DNA from: Candidatus Heimdallarchaeota archaeon
Lineage (GTDB): Archaea; Asgardarchaeota; Heimdallarchaeia; Hodarchaeales; Hodarchaeaceae
DNA length: 59,611 nt
Assembly (NCBI GenBank): GCA_048881705.1
Contig: JBHLSH010000012.1
Coordinates: 1-59,611 of the forward strand
Reading direction: 5' to 3'
Shown here in pieces: positions 40,128 through 48,755 of the stretch. Each line of letters starts with the position of its first letter. Position 1 is the stretch's first letter. Both the position numbers and the translations under genes were made by a program. The notes under the pieces are model-generated. The model searched no databases. It saw only the letters and a list, made by a program, of their open reading frames with translations, and was not told where the DNA came from.

Positions 40128-40988
40128 ATGAGGATGCTATTAATGCGGAAATACTCTAACACTGACTTATGGCTGAGAGTTATTCTCTTCTTCGCGATCT
40201 GCGTTACGCTGATCTTTACTTTCCAAGTATTTGCCATTCCACTGGCACGTACCGTATTAAACAGTGGTGATGCGTTACCTCTCATTTTCGAAGTGAATTT
40301 GGTTCGCAGCATGAACGGCATCGTGGGTGTGGGACTTGTTTACGTGTTTCTGAAGTTTGACCGTAGAACTTTAGATGTTGTGGGGGTTTCCTGGGATAAG
40401 AAATGGGGAAAAGAGTGGATCCTTGTCGGAGTTCCCATAACTTTAGCAGGATGGATTCCGACTGTGATAATTGAACTTCTCTTCCAGATAATTGAGTTCC
40501 CCCTCCTCTTAGATCCCTTGGGAATCGTTTTAACATTTATTATCACCATGTTTTTTATTGGATTTGGAGAAGAAATTCTGTTTCGCGGGTACATTCAAAA
40601 TGTCGTTGAGACTCGTTATTCATTTGAAATTGGAACCTTAGTATCAGGCTTCCTGTTTGGAACGCTTCATTTTCTACTGATTACTCCGTCCCAGGATATT
40701 AATAACATGATAGCGGTTTCTTTGAGCGCTTTTGTTATTGGAATTACCTTCTCATATGTTTACAAAATATCTGGTTATAATTTGATTTTCCCAACTGTGA
40801 TCCATGGGTTTTGGGATTTTTTCCTTTTTATTGGAAGTGCTGAGTTTTTCTACGAGGACTTCCTCAAAGTTATTGCAGAAATCGCAGCATCTATAGTAGG
40901 CGCGATGATAATCCTCGGGATCGTCTATTATTACTGGATGCGACGACTCCAGCCCACCCAAAAGGGAGATTTATCTTCTACCCCGTAA
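40128..40988 (+). CDS. CPBP/Abi (Rce1-like) intramembrane glutamic endopeptidase
   Basis: EEILFRG, FGTLHF, HGFWD motifs in a multi-TM protein. Confidence 0.92.
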   Translation: MRMLLMRKYSNTDLWLRVILFFAICVTLIFTFQVFAIPLARTVLNSGDALPLIFEVNLVRSMNGIVGVGLVYVFLKFDRRTLDVVGVSWDKKWGKEWILVGVPITLAGWIPTVIIELLFQIIEFPLLLDPLGIVLTFIITMFFIGFGEEILFRGYIQNVVETRYSFEIGTLVSGFLFGTLHFLLITPSQDINNMIAVSLSAFVIGITFSYVYKISGYNLIFPTVIHGFWDFFLFIGSAEFFYEDFLKVIAEIAASIVGAMIILGIVYYYWMRRLQPTQKGDLSSTP

Positions 40989-41029
40989 TAATGTCATTTT
41001 GATTCCTATAGGTGTATACGAAACCAGAA

Positions 41030-43270
41030 TTAAAGTTCTAGAACTGATCCAGTGGTGGGAATATAGCATTCTGGATGAGCAGATAGAATGTTCTGTCTGG
41101 CCCGGTTAGATGCAAACGGATCTTTTGATAGTTCCCCAACGTGAACCAAAGCCTTGGTTCCCGATATGGAGTTGATGTAGGATTTCAATCTATCACTTGA
41201 TGAATGACCGCTAAATCTCGCATAGGCTACCTTCTGTTTATATCTAGGTTCCATTCCATGCAGTAATCTATATCCTAAGGTATTCTTGGCCAAATATCCA
41301 CATAAAAGTATACTTGTATCTGGATCATCCTTAGTTTGTTCAACCAATTCTCTAGCAATTCCCCCACTTAGCATGCCACCTCCAGTAATAATTATTTCGT
41401 CTTCAAAAGGAGTTGTAAGAGAATTATCAAAAAATCCTTTACTTTTCAACCCTGTTAACCGTGAGGCTTTTGTAGCCAAACCCAGCATAGTCACCTTTCT
41501 CTCCTTGGTTAATCCGGCTTGATCTAATGTAATCATTACTTCCTGAGCCCTACCAACGCTGAAAGCCGGAATAATTACCCTTTTTCCCTCCTTTACGGTT
41601 TTGATTAGCACAGAATCTCTCTGAGAAATGTTAAATTCTTTCTGCCCGAAGTAAGTAGCATCTAGAATCGTTAAATCTGCATTTGTAGGCAGTTTTGGGG
41701 ATCTTTCTTTGAAAAGAACTGAGGGTTCTAGGTTCATGTCTCCCGTATAATAAATTGTTCTATGACCAGTCTCCACAAAAAAGCCCATTGCACCTTGAAT
41801 ATGGTAGGACGGGATAGGAGTCACGGCTATATCCGGAGTAATTTGATAGGTTACATTCGATCGGACTGGAACATAACTATCCAAGTACCTATGGATCCAC
41901 TTGGATTGAGAAAGATGTCGAAACCGAGGATCCATCAGCCTAACTTGAGAATTGATGTTATTCTGCATCATCCGCTGGCTATCAAGTAGTAATATCTCTG
42001 TCAAGGCCTTTGTAAGGGCGGAGCCAAACACACGATGCCTGTATCCCAATCCAAAGAGAAATGGAACTGCTCCAGAGTGGTCAAGATGGGCATGGGTAAT
42101 AAAGATTGCATCCAAGTGATTTAATATTGGGTGCCAAGCGGGAACACCATAATTGGCGACACTCATTCCAAAGTCAATAAGAATGTTGGAAATACCCGTA
42201 GAGATGAGGATCGCCATAGTTCCGATGTGAGATCCTCCCAGAAATATGATTCTGGTTTTCTCAGAGGTTTGTCTAGATACGGGGAAAGCCAGCTTCTCTA
42301 CATAGCTTTGCAATATTTCGGGAGGGACATTGGATCCAATATCTCCTGTTCGTAATGTTCGAGGTGATAAAAAGCGTGTGAAGGGTTTTATTATCGTTTC
42401 AAACGCGATGGGAATTTCTGTAGGAAGTACCGCTCGCAGAGAATCGACTAACTTCTCCATCGTAAAGGGTTCTTCAGGTTCCCACCCTTGAAGTATGAGA
42501 TCAGATGTTGCTTTCTCCAGAATTGAAAGTGATTCGTGATCCAGCCACTGTAGTAGAAGAGGGAGATCATTTTCAAAATTAAAAAACGTTACCAAATCCT
42601 TGATATGATCAGGGTGACGTTGAGCTGAGGATACGGGTAATTCAACAAGTCTATCTATCGTGGAAGAATCATTTGGAAAAGTACCTTTCATATCTTCTTC
42701 AAGAACCTCTGGAGCAGCGGCAGGCACCCCTAGATAGCGAAGTAAGGAAGTGAGATTGCTTATGCCAGTCTGCCCATCCACGGTTCTATTATTAAGATAA
42801 CGAAGCAGGAAGCGGTTGATCCGCAGGACATATTTCTGGAAATCCTCCATTTTCACGTATAGGTGGCGGAGAATCGCACGAAAGTCTTCCAGATCAAGGA
42901 TTTCTTCATATAGCCCAGCTTCAATGAGTTGTAAAAGCTGGTCAAAACGCTGGAGTAGGTAATCAGGAGATGTCAAGTTCCCGCTGAATAGATCAATAGT
43001 CTTTTCGTATAGTTTTCGTTCTTCTTCTAGTTCTTTAGACTCGAGAACATAACCTGATTCGCTCTTCTTAGTTTTGCAGAAGAGAAGAACTCGTTGAAAC
43101 TGGTTCAGAGGTTGAATTAATGAAGCTATTTCGTCTTGTGACAGAGGATTACGGGCGTTCCCAAATTTCTTCAGTAAATCCTCAACAACTGGATCTGAAA
43201 TGATCATTTCATTGAAATCCTTTGAATCCCTTATTCTGAAACATTTATGGCCGAATGTGATTTGTATCAA
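41030..43270 (-). CDS. Beta-CASP metallo-beta-lactamase nuclease (CPSF/YSH1-like) with a ~320-340-aa N-terminal extension
   Basis: DFG, THAHLDHSG, YHIQGA, TGDMN, DATY, IPAFSVGRAQE, GMLSGG, CGYLAKNTLG, FSGHS, VHVGE. Confidence 0.9.
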   Translation of the reverse strand: MIQITFGHKCFRIRDSKDFNEMIISDPVVEDLLKKFGNARNPLSQDEIASLIQPLNQFQRVLLFCKTKKSESGYVLESKELEEERKLYEKTIDLFSGNLTSPDYLLQRFDQLLQLIEAGLYEEILDLEDFRAILRHLYVKMEDFQKYVLRINRFLLRYLNNRTVDGQTGISNLTSLLRYLGVPAAAPEVLEEDMKGTFPNDSSTIDRLVELPVSSAQRHPDHIKDLVTFFNFENDLPLLLQWLDHESLSILEKATSDLILQGWEPEEPFTMEKLVDSLRAVLPTEIPIAFETIIKPFTRFLSPRTLRTGDIGSNVPPEILQSYVEKLAFPVSRQTSEKTRIIFLGGSHIGTMAILISTGISNILIDFGMSVANYGVPAWHPILNHLDAIFITHAHLDHSGAVPFLFGLGYRHRVFGSALTKALTEILLLDSQRMMQNNINSQVRLMDPRFRHLSQSKWIHRYLDSYVPVRSNVTYQITPDIAVTPIPSYHIQGAMGFFVETGHRTIYYTGDMNLEPSVLFKERSPKLPTNADLTILDATYFGQKEFNISQRDSVLIKTVKEGKRVIIPAFSVGRAQEVMITLDQAGLTKERKVTMLGLATKASRLTGLKSKGFFDNSLTTPFEDEIIITGGGMLSGGIARELVEQTKDDPDTSILLCGYLAKNTLGYRLLHGMEPRYKQKVAYARFSGHSSSDRLKSYINSISGTKALVHVGELSKDPFASNRARQNILSAHPECYIPTTGSVLEL

Positions 43271-43831
43271 GATCCTTTCTTTCGGATTTTCGTCCGCCAG
43301 ATGAACAAACTTCTACAATTTCCAATGTCGCTACGAATTAAACTTCATTTTTCAAAGTTTTTTAAAACAAATTGTTTTAAATCTACTCTACTTGGAGTAA
43401 ACATTATTTTTAACAAATTACATGTAATGAGGGCAATTGGTACGGAAATATGCAAGAAAACCACTAAATAGGGCAGTTTAGGAAACCAGAAATACATTCT
43501 GCTGCCGTACCGAGGCAGTTCCTATCACGGAACAAGAAATGAGTGCAAATATCGGAATTATCATGGGCCCAACTTTGCATGATCTTTTCGCCAGTTTCTT
43601 GGGAGGTTTTAGCGATGAGATGATGTAGCATCGAAAAAGGTTTACGTCTGAGTTCAAGGTCATAATATAAAGTATTCCATTAACAGCTGTTCCTTTGGCT
43701 GTTATTGGAACCGTTCATAATTCTCGCATGAAAGAGTTTAGCTGGGTTACCTCATGTTCTTCTCTGTAAAATTCGGAAGTATCCTTGCATCTACCAACAG
43801 AAATGGCCAGTCTTTAGGCACTCTCTTGTGG

Positions 43832-45241
43832 CTACTGGATTGGAGTCACCGTGTAGTCGACATATCCCTTGTACAAAACGGGTTCAATGGCATAATATTC
43901 CGTAGCAGGGATGATTCCCTCGAGAACAAGGGCTCGGTCGATCAGGTCAATCTTCCATTGAGATGTCGCTACGGCTGTCCCACCACGAAATTGCTGTTTT
44001 TCCTGCAAAAAACCCACCACAATGTCACCTCTGAGACGAGCTTTCGAAACCAATATAGCAATAAGCGTTTGTAACGCGGGAATTCCATATTTGTTTTCTA
44101 GGACATCCAAGCCAAGATCTATAAGGCAAGGGCCTCCATTTGTGGGGGAAAGGTTTTCTCTTGCAGATTCGAACTGTGATAGTAATTCTTCAATAGTTTC
44201 AGGCAGCTCTGCCCTATGAGAAGCATTTTCAGGGATAAACCGTTCAAAATTGACTGTTTTTTGAATCCATGCCTTCGTTCCAGTAAATACATCTAGAAAA
44301 GGGCTCCTGGCATCCAGTGTGACACCTTCCCGAAGCACGCTAATAATTGGCCTTCTATTAACAAGTTGGTTGGTTAATAGGGGAAATAAAATCAGTTCGA
44401 ATCCCCCTCCCACGGCAGTTGTCACCTCGAAAAGGTTCCATGAGCCCTTAAGGAGTCCTCCGAACAACTCATCAAAAGCCACTGATCCTGATGAAATATG
44501 TAGATCATCTGGATCTACAATCGGCGTTGTTTTTATCATAATAGCTGGAAATCGATGAACAAACGGAAAAAAGGTTTGCAAGCGCCCTTTGTGAAGAGTG
44601 GTAAGATAGGTCTCATTATGGATCTCTCGCCCCCTCATTTTGGGGAAACTCAATTCCCGAACTCGTCGAGCGATTCCTTGGGGAGAAGTGATCGAACGTT
44701 TACTCAGTATTGCAATACCATCGACTACCCAATCCAAACTTGTATCTTGAATACCTTCCATGATGAAGATGATTTTAGAGTTTTCAGCTCTCAAATGTTG
44801 GACAATCACAGATTCCCAGTGACTGATCTGGCTAGAAGTAAGGTTTATGGTAAGAGCATTCCAACTGTCAATCACAATGACTTTATTGGCCAGCTCTTCG
44901 CCCAAAGAGAATAGCTGTTGTACAAAATCTGGCATAGTTTCATATTTTAAAACCTGGATGTGTTTTTCGCTCTTGTCATCACTGGATCGCGTTGCATCAA
45001 TGAAAAATGGTGAAGATCTGTTTTTAGATAGTAGGGACAGAATCCATGGAGAATCTTGTAAGATTGTTTTCGGGTTTATTCGGCTGCTAATAAAAAATGA
45101 GTTTGATAATCCAGCTACCATTTCCAATGCAAGCGTAGATTTTCCCGTGCCTGGCTGTCCTTTAATTACAATGGAGTAGCCAGTATCTAGTTCCTGGAAT
45201 ACAGGAAATTCATGTGGAAGGGCGTCTTTCCGTCTTGCCAT
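43832..45241 (-). CDS. KaiC/RAD55/GvpD-like tandem RecA-fold ATPase (second domain degenerate)
   Basis: Domain 1: KGQPGTGKS, VIDSW, DGIAIL, KMRG. Domain 2 starts SSGSVAFDELFGG but lacks the Walker A Lys. Confidence 0.85.
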   Translation of the reverse strand: MARRKDALPHEFPVFQELDTGYSIVIKGQPGTGKSTLALEMVAGLSNSFFISSRINPKTILQDSPWILSLLSKNRSSPFFIDATRSSDDKSEKHIQVLKYETMPDFVQQLFSLGEELANKVIVIDSWNALTINLTSSQISHWESVIVQHLRAENSKIIFIMEGIQDTSLDWVVDGIAILSKRSITSPQGIARRVRELSFPKMRGREIHNETYLTTLHKGRLQTFFPFVHRFPAIMIKTTPIVDPDDLHISSGSVAFDELFGGLLKGSWNLFEVTTAVGGGFELILFPLLTNQLVNRRPIISVLREGVTLDARSPFLDVFTGTKAWIQKTVNFERFIPENASHRAELPETIEELLSQFESARENLSPTNGGPCLIDLGLDVLENKYGIPALQTLIAILVSKARLRGDIVVGFLQEKQQFRGGTAVATSQWKIDLIDRALVLEGIIPATEYYAIEPVLYKGYVDYTVTPIQ

Positions 45242-45374
45242 GATAGCGGCCTTTTGTTAGTTTATCTCTAGAAATAAATCCCTCAAATCTTATATTTAAA
45301 CAGATCTTTTCTAATCGTCCGAAAGAATGACGTCAGTGCAAGGATCATTGGAATTTCATAAAATCCGTATATAT

Positions 45375-46514
45375 CTAGGGTAAAATTCGTTTCAATTCCT
45401 GTATGAATGTTAAAACATCATTTTCAGAATTGTATAGGTGGAGGGATACACGTAACATGGGTTCTCTTATGTTCAATTCCACAGGTCTCTCTAGTTTTCG
45501 TAATCTTGCGTTGATATCTCTTAGATTATGTGATTTTACCTTAAAACTAACAATTGAACCTCTTTCTTCTGGGGATATAATTTCAACCGATTCCATTTTA
45601 TTTAGCTCATCTAAAAGAAGTTCTACCAATCTCTTGTTATGCTGTTCGATGTTTCTAACACCTATTTTGAGAAAATATCCGAGAGATTCCCCAAAAGCCA
45701 ATTTTGCCACATAGGCGCTGGTGCCATATTCGAATTTCCTGGCAGCCGGTGCGTAAGTAAGCTCCATAGGTTCAAATTTCCACATATTCTCCCTTGTTCT
45801 CCATCCAACAAACGCGGGGTTGATTTCCTCGTAATACCTTTTGGAGATGTAGGCAATTGCAGATCCAAAGGGGGCGCAAAGGAACTTATAGGATCCAGTT
45901 ATGTACGCGTCAACATCCCATTTTTCCACATCTAGGGGCATAGTTCCCGCCGCTTGAATCCCATCGACGATGAATAGGGCTCCAACCTCATGACACGCGT
46001 TAGCGATTTCTCTAAGATTGAACCTCTGGCCAGTCAAATATTCTACGTGGCTGAAAACAACAAGTTTCGTCTGGTCATCAATTCTCTCTAAAATCTGATT
46101 TTCGGGAACAATCCAATCAGAACTTTCAATCAAATCTACTGCTAACGCTCTTTCCGAAGCCAATCTCATCCATGGATAGGTTACACTCGGAAATTCATGC
46201 CCGATGGAAACAACGGTTCCATCTTTAATCTTGGAGCTCCATGCCATTGCATTAATAGCCTCAGATACGCAATTGAAGACAGCTATATCGTTAGAATGAC
46301 ATTTTAATAGCTTAGAACCTTTTTCCCTAATTGTCTCATATATTCCCTCCTCTCTTTCTTCATCCAGGGCAATTGTACCACCCAGCGATATTTCAGTCAG
46401 AAATTTGGCGGCCTTATCAATCACAAAAGTAGGAACAAGACCAATGCTTGCGGTCGAAAAATATATCACACGTTTGCTGGTAGGAAAATCAGCAGCATCT
46501 AAATTAAGCCCCAT
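45375..46514 (-). CDS. PLP-dependent class V aminotransferase-fold enzyme
   Basis: HEFPS, SHVEYLTG, VDGIQAAG, GSYKFLCAP (PLP Lys), FEYGT, RVSLHLYN. Confidence 0.92.
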   Translation of the reverse strand: MGLNLDAADFPTSKRVIYFSTASIGLVPTFVIDKAAKFLTEISLGGTIALDEEREEGIYETIREKGSKLLKCHSNDIAVFNCVSEAINAMAWSSKIKDGTVVSIGHEFPSVTYPWMRLASERALAVDLIESSDWIVPENQILERIDDQTKLVVFSHVEYLTGQRFNLREIANACHEVGALFIVDGIQAAGTMPLDVEKWDVDAYITGSYKFLCAPFGSAIAYISKRYYEEINPAFVGWRTRENMWKFEPMELTYAPAARKFEYGTSAYVAKLAFGESLGYFLKIGVRNIEQHNKRLVELLLDELNKMESVEIISPEERGSIVSFKVKSHNLRDINARLRKLERPVELNIREPMLRVSLHLYNSENDVLTFIQELKRILP

Positions 46515-46541
46515 ATTGCCATCAAACCATAAAAATAGCGA

Positions 46542-47630
46542 TCAAGTCATTTTTTCTCCGATTTCTTTACTAGTTAAAATCCCTTCGGGAGTAATGTAAC
46601 CCGAAATAAACTCATTTGGGGTAACATCAAATGCAGGATTAAGAAAATGAAGTAAATTATTTTCATCCGGATGCACTGAAACGTTATGTATAGTCCCCAA
46701 CTCCTCAGATAGACCTTTTACGATTCTTATTTCTTGAGAGGATCGTTTTTCAATCACAATATCCTTCCCTGAATGGGTAAGCGGATCATATGTTGATCTT
46801 GGAAAAGCAACATACATTGGAATGCTATGATAATGGGCTGCAAGTGCAAGGGCATATGTCCCTATTTTGTTGGCAACATCTCCGTTTCTTGCAACCCGAT
46901 CGGCTCCAACTATTATGAGATCTATAAGATTTCGACTTGCCATCAAGGAGGCTGCCATTGAATCGCATATAACTGTATGAGGAATGTCATATTGGCTCAG
47001 TTCCCATGAGGTGATACGTCCTTGTAAACGAGGACGGGTCTCATCTACAAATACATGGAATCGTTTTTCTTGGTTTTTCCAGGCCCATACAATAGGTGCC
47101 AGGGCACTTCCGTAATCTATCAACGCGAGTGCTCCTGTGTGACAATGAGTCAATATTCCAATACCAGGTTTTATCAACTCTGCTCCAATGGTTGCCAATT
47201 TTCGGCCTTCCTCAACCACGGCATCGGCAAACTGTTGCGCACGATTTATGGCACGCTCTGGAGTGAGAGGACTGGACGTATTCAATACAAAATCGAGTCC
47301 GTGTTTTAAATCTACAGCTGTCGGCCGGGAAGATAATAATAGCTGGTATGCGGCCTGGATATTATCTTCATATCCCGGAGTTTTCCAGAATTCTGCCACC
47401 GCCTGGGCCAAACCATATGCTCCTGCACCACCAATCGATGGCGCTCCACGTATAACCATAGATCTAATAGCATTCGCTGTTTCGCGATAAGTAGAGCAAG
47501 TAACGATTTCTACCGCATAAGGAATCTTTGTTTGGTCAATCATCTTTACCGAAGCTTGACTTCCAGAATCTTCAAATTCCAGCCAAACTGCTCTAAGATC
47601 CTTATACTCGTTCCCAATCTTTATTCTCAA
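46542..47630 (-). CDS. mtnA: S-methyl-5-thioribose-1-phosphate isomerase (eIF-2B alpha/beta/delta family)
   Basis: IRGAPSIG, SRPTAVDL, THCHTGALA, DETRPRLQG, GADRVARNGDVANKIGTY, NPAFDVTP. Confidence 0.9.
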   Translation of the reverse strand: MRIKIGNEYKDLRAVWLEFEDSGSQASVKMIDQTKIPYAVEIVTCSTYRETANAIRSMVIRGAPSIGGAGAYGLAQAVAEFWKTPGYEDNIQAAYQLLLSSRPTAVDLKHGLDFVLNTSSPLTPERAINRAQQFADAVVEEGRKLATIGAELIKPGIGILTHCHTGALALIDYGSALAPIVWAWKNQEKRFHVFVDETRPRLQGRITSWELSQYDIPHTVICDSMAASLMASRNLIDLIIVGADRVARNGDVANKIGTYALALAAHYHSIPMYVAFPRSTYDPLTHSGKDIVIEKRSSQEIRIVKGLSEELGTIHNVSVHPDENNLLHFLNPAFDVTPNEFISGYITPEGILTSKEIGEKMT

Positions 47631-47645
47631 AACTAAAAAACCCCG

Positions 47646-47660
47646 ATTATATATATTTAC
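47646..47660 (-). promoter_or_regulatory. Candidate TATA box upstream of mtnA
   Basis: The minus strand reads GTAAATATATATAAT within the 56-bp gap, 16-30 nt upstream of the start codon. Confidence 0.35.
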
Positions 47661-47686
47661 GAGAGTCAGTAAAGGATATGCCGTTT

Positions 47687-48742
47687 TTACTTTTTTTGAA
47701 GCATTTTTGCTACTGGCATCTTGTAGATAAAATGCTTACCAACACGAAATAGGATCTCCGCGATTTCTTTCTCCCAAATCTCTCCTCTGATGATCAAGTG
47801 CGATCCCAAGAAGAAATCAAGAGGTAATTGTGTATATAATTGCGAGATGTCATAAGTACGTTTGTAAGTTGCCAAAACAAGTGGTACCCATCCTCTGGTG
47901 ATTGTTTCCACAAGTTTTGAAATATTGATACCAAAACCAATGTTATTCACTATATGTTCCTGTATTGCATGGCTAATAATGTACCCTATATCGTCCATCC
48001 TATCTAACTTGGGTAACATCATTGCATCAATCCAAGCAATCCCTGAAGGGGAGATTAAAAGATTGGATAAATGAGAATCTCCATGAATAAAATCCACGCC
48101 ACCTTTTGCCTGTTCCAAAACCTGTACCCAGTAATCTAACCATTTTTGATCTATTTTAGAGCCAAGCATCCTTATCAAAGGAGAATATAGCTGGACATTG
48201 GTTGATTGTCGCTTAGATCCGTGTAATCGGGCCAATGCATAGCCTGCATATTCCCAGCGTGATTTTTGCGGCAGATCCACCTGTAGTAAAGATGAATAAC
48301 CACTTAGGAACTCCAGAATCAGGGCTTTAGCCTCGGGAATGACATGTATCACTTCTGGAGCAAATACGTGGTCAGAAAATCGTTTTATTTGTTTTGGAAT
48401 CTCGTGTTGTTTTTTCCATTCTAGCCAATCCTGCTGTCGAGTTTTTAAAAGCTCCACAAGTCGTTTTGCATTATTAACCTCAGCATCAAGATCGTGTGCG
48501 AACTTGATAACGATACCACCATCAGTTTCACCAGCAAGGGAAGTTGTCAATCCTGCTTCAATAACGTATGTCTTTCCTCCAGCTCCACTAAATACCCTGA
48601 TCTGTTTAATACGAGTATCGGAAATTCTCCCTATCTCAATACGAATATTTTTTGTAATATTATCGCCAGATTGAAGGATTAAGGTCCTCACCCTATCATG
48701 GATCTTTCGTTGCTTCTCATTAGTGGGATCAACGATGCTCAT
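47687..48742 (-). CDS. Aminoglycoside-phosphotransferase/choline-kinase-fold small-molecule kinase
   Basis: Gly loop SGAGGKTY, VIKF, LILEFL, LARLH, HGDSHLSN (Brenner motif), WID. Confidence 0.8.
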   Translation of the reverse strand: MSIVDPTNEKQRKIHDRVRTLILQSGDNITKNIRIEIGRISDTRIKQIRVFSGAGGKTYVIEAGLTTSLAGETDGGIVIKFAHDLDAEVNNAKRLVELLKTRQQDWLEWKKQHEIPKQIKRFSDHVFAPEVIHVIPEAKALILEFLSGYSSLLQVDLPQKSRWEYAGYALARLHGSKRQSTNVQLYSPLIRMLGSKIDQKWLDYWVQVLEQAKGGVDFIHGDSHLSNLLISPSGIAWIDAMMLPKLDRMDDIGYIISHAIQEHIVNNIGFGINISKLVETITRGWVPLVLATYKRTYDISQLYTQLPLDFFLGSHLIIRGEIWEKEIAEILFRVGKHFIYKMPVAKMLQKK

Positions 48743-48755
48743 GATTTGCAGACCT

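Noticed and set aside
40128-40988. CPBP protease as the sorting enzyme for the PGF-like tails
   Set aside because: It is more than 20 kb from the surface-protein genes, and PGF tails are established archaeosortase substrates. Nothing in the sequence links them.
43678-43830. In-frame TGA as possible selenocysteine readthrough upstream of ORF 43478..43663
   Set aside because: The joined product resembles no selenoprotein family, has no redox motif around the TGA, and I identified no SECIS-like hairpin.
43832-45241. Gas-vesicle or circadian-clock locus
   Set aside because: No gvpA/gvpN or kaiA/kaiB genes are nearby; only the ATPase fold is shared.
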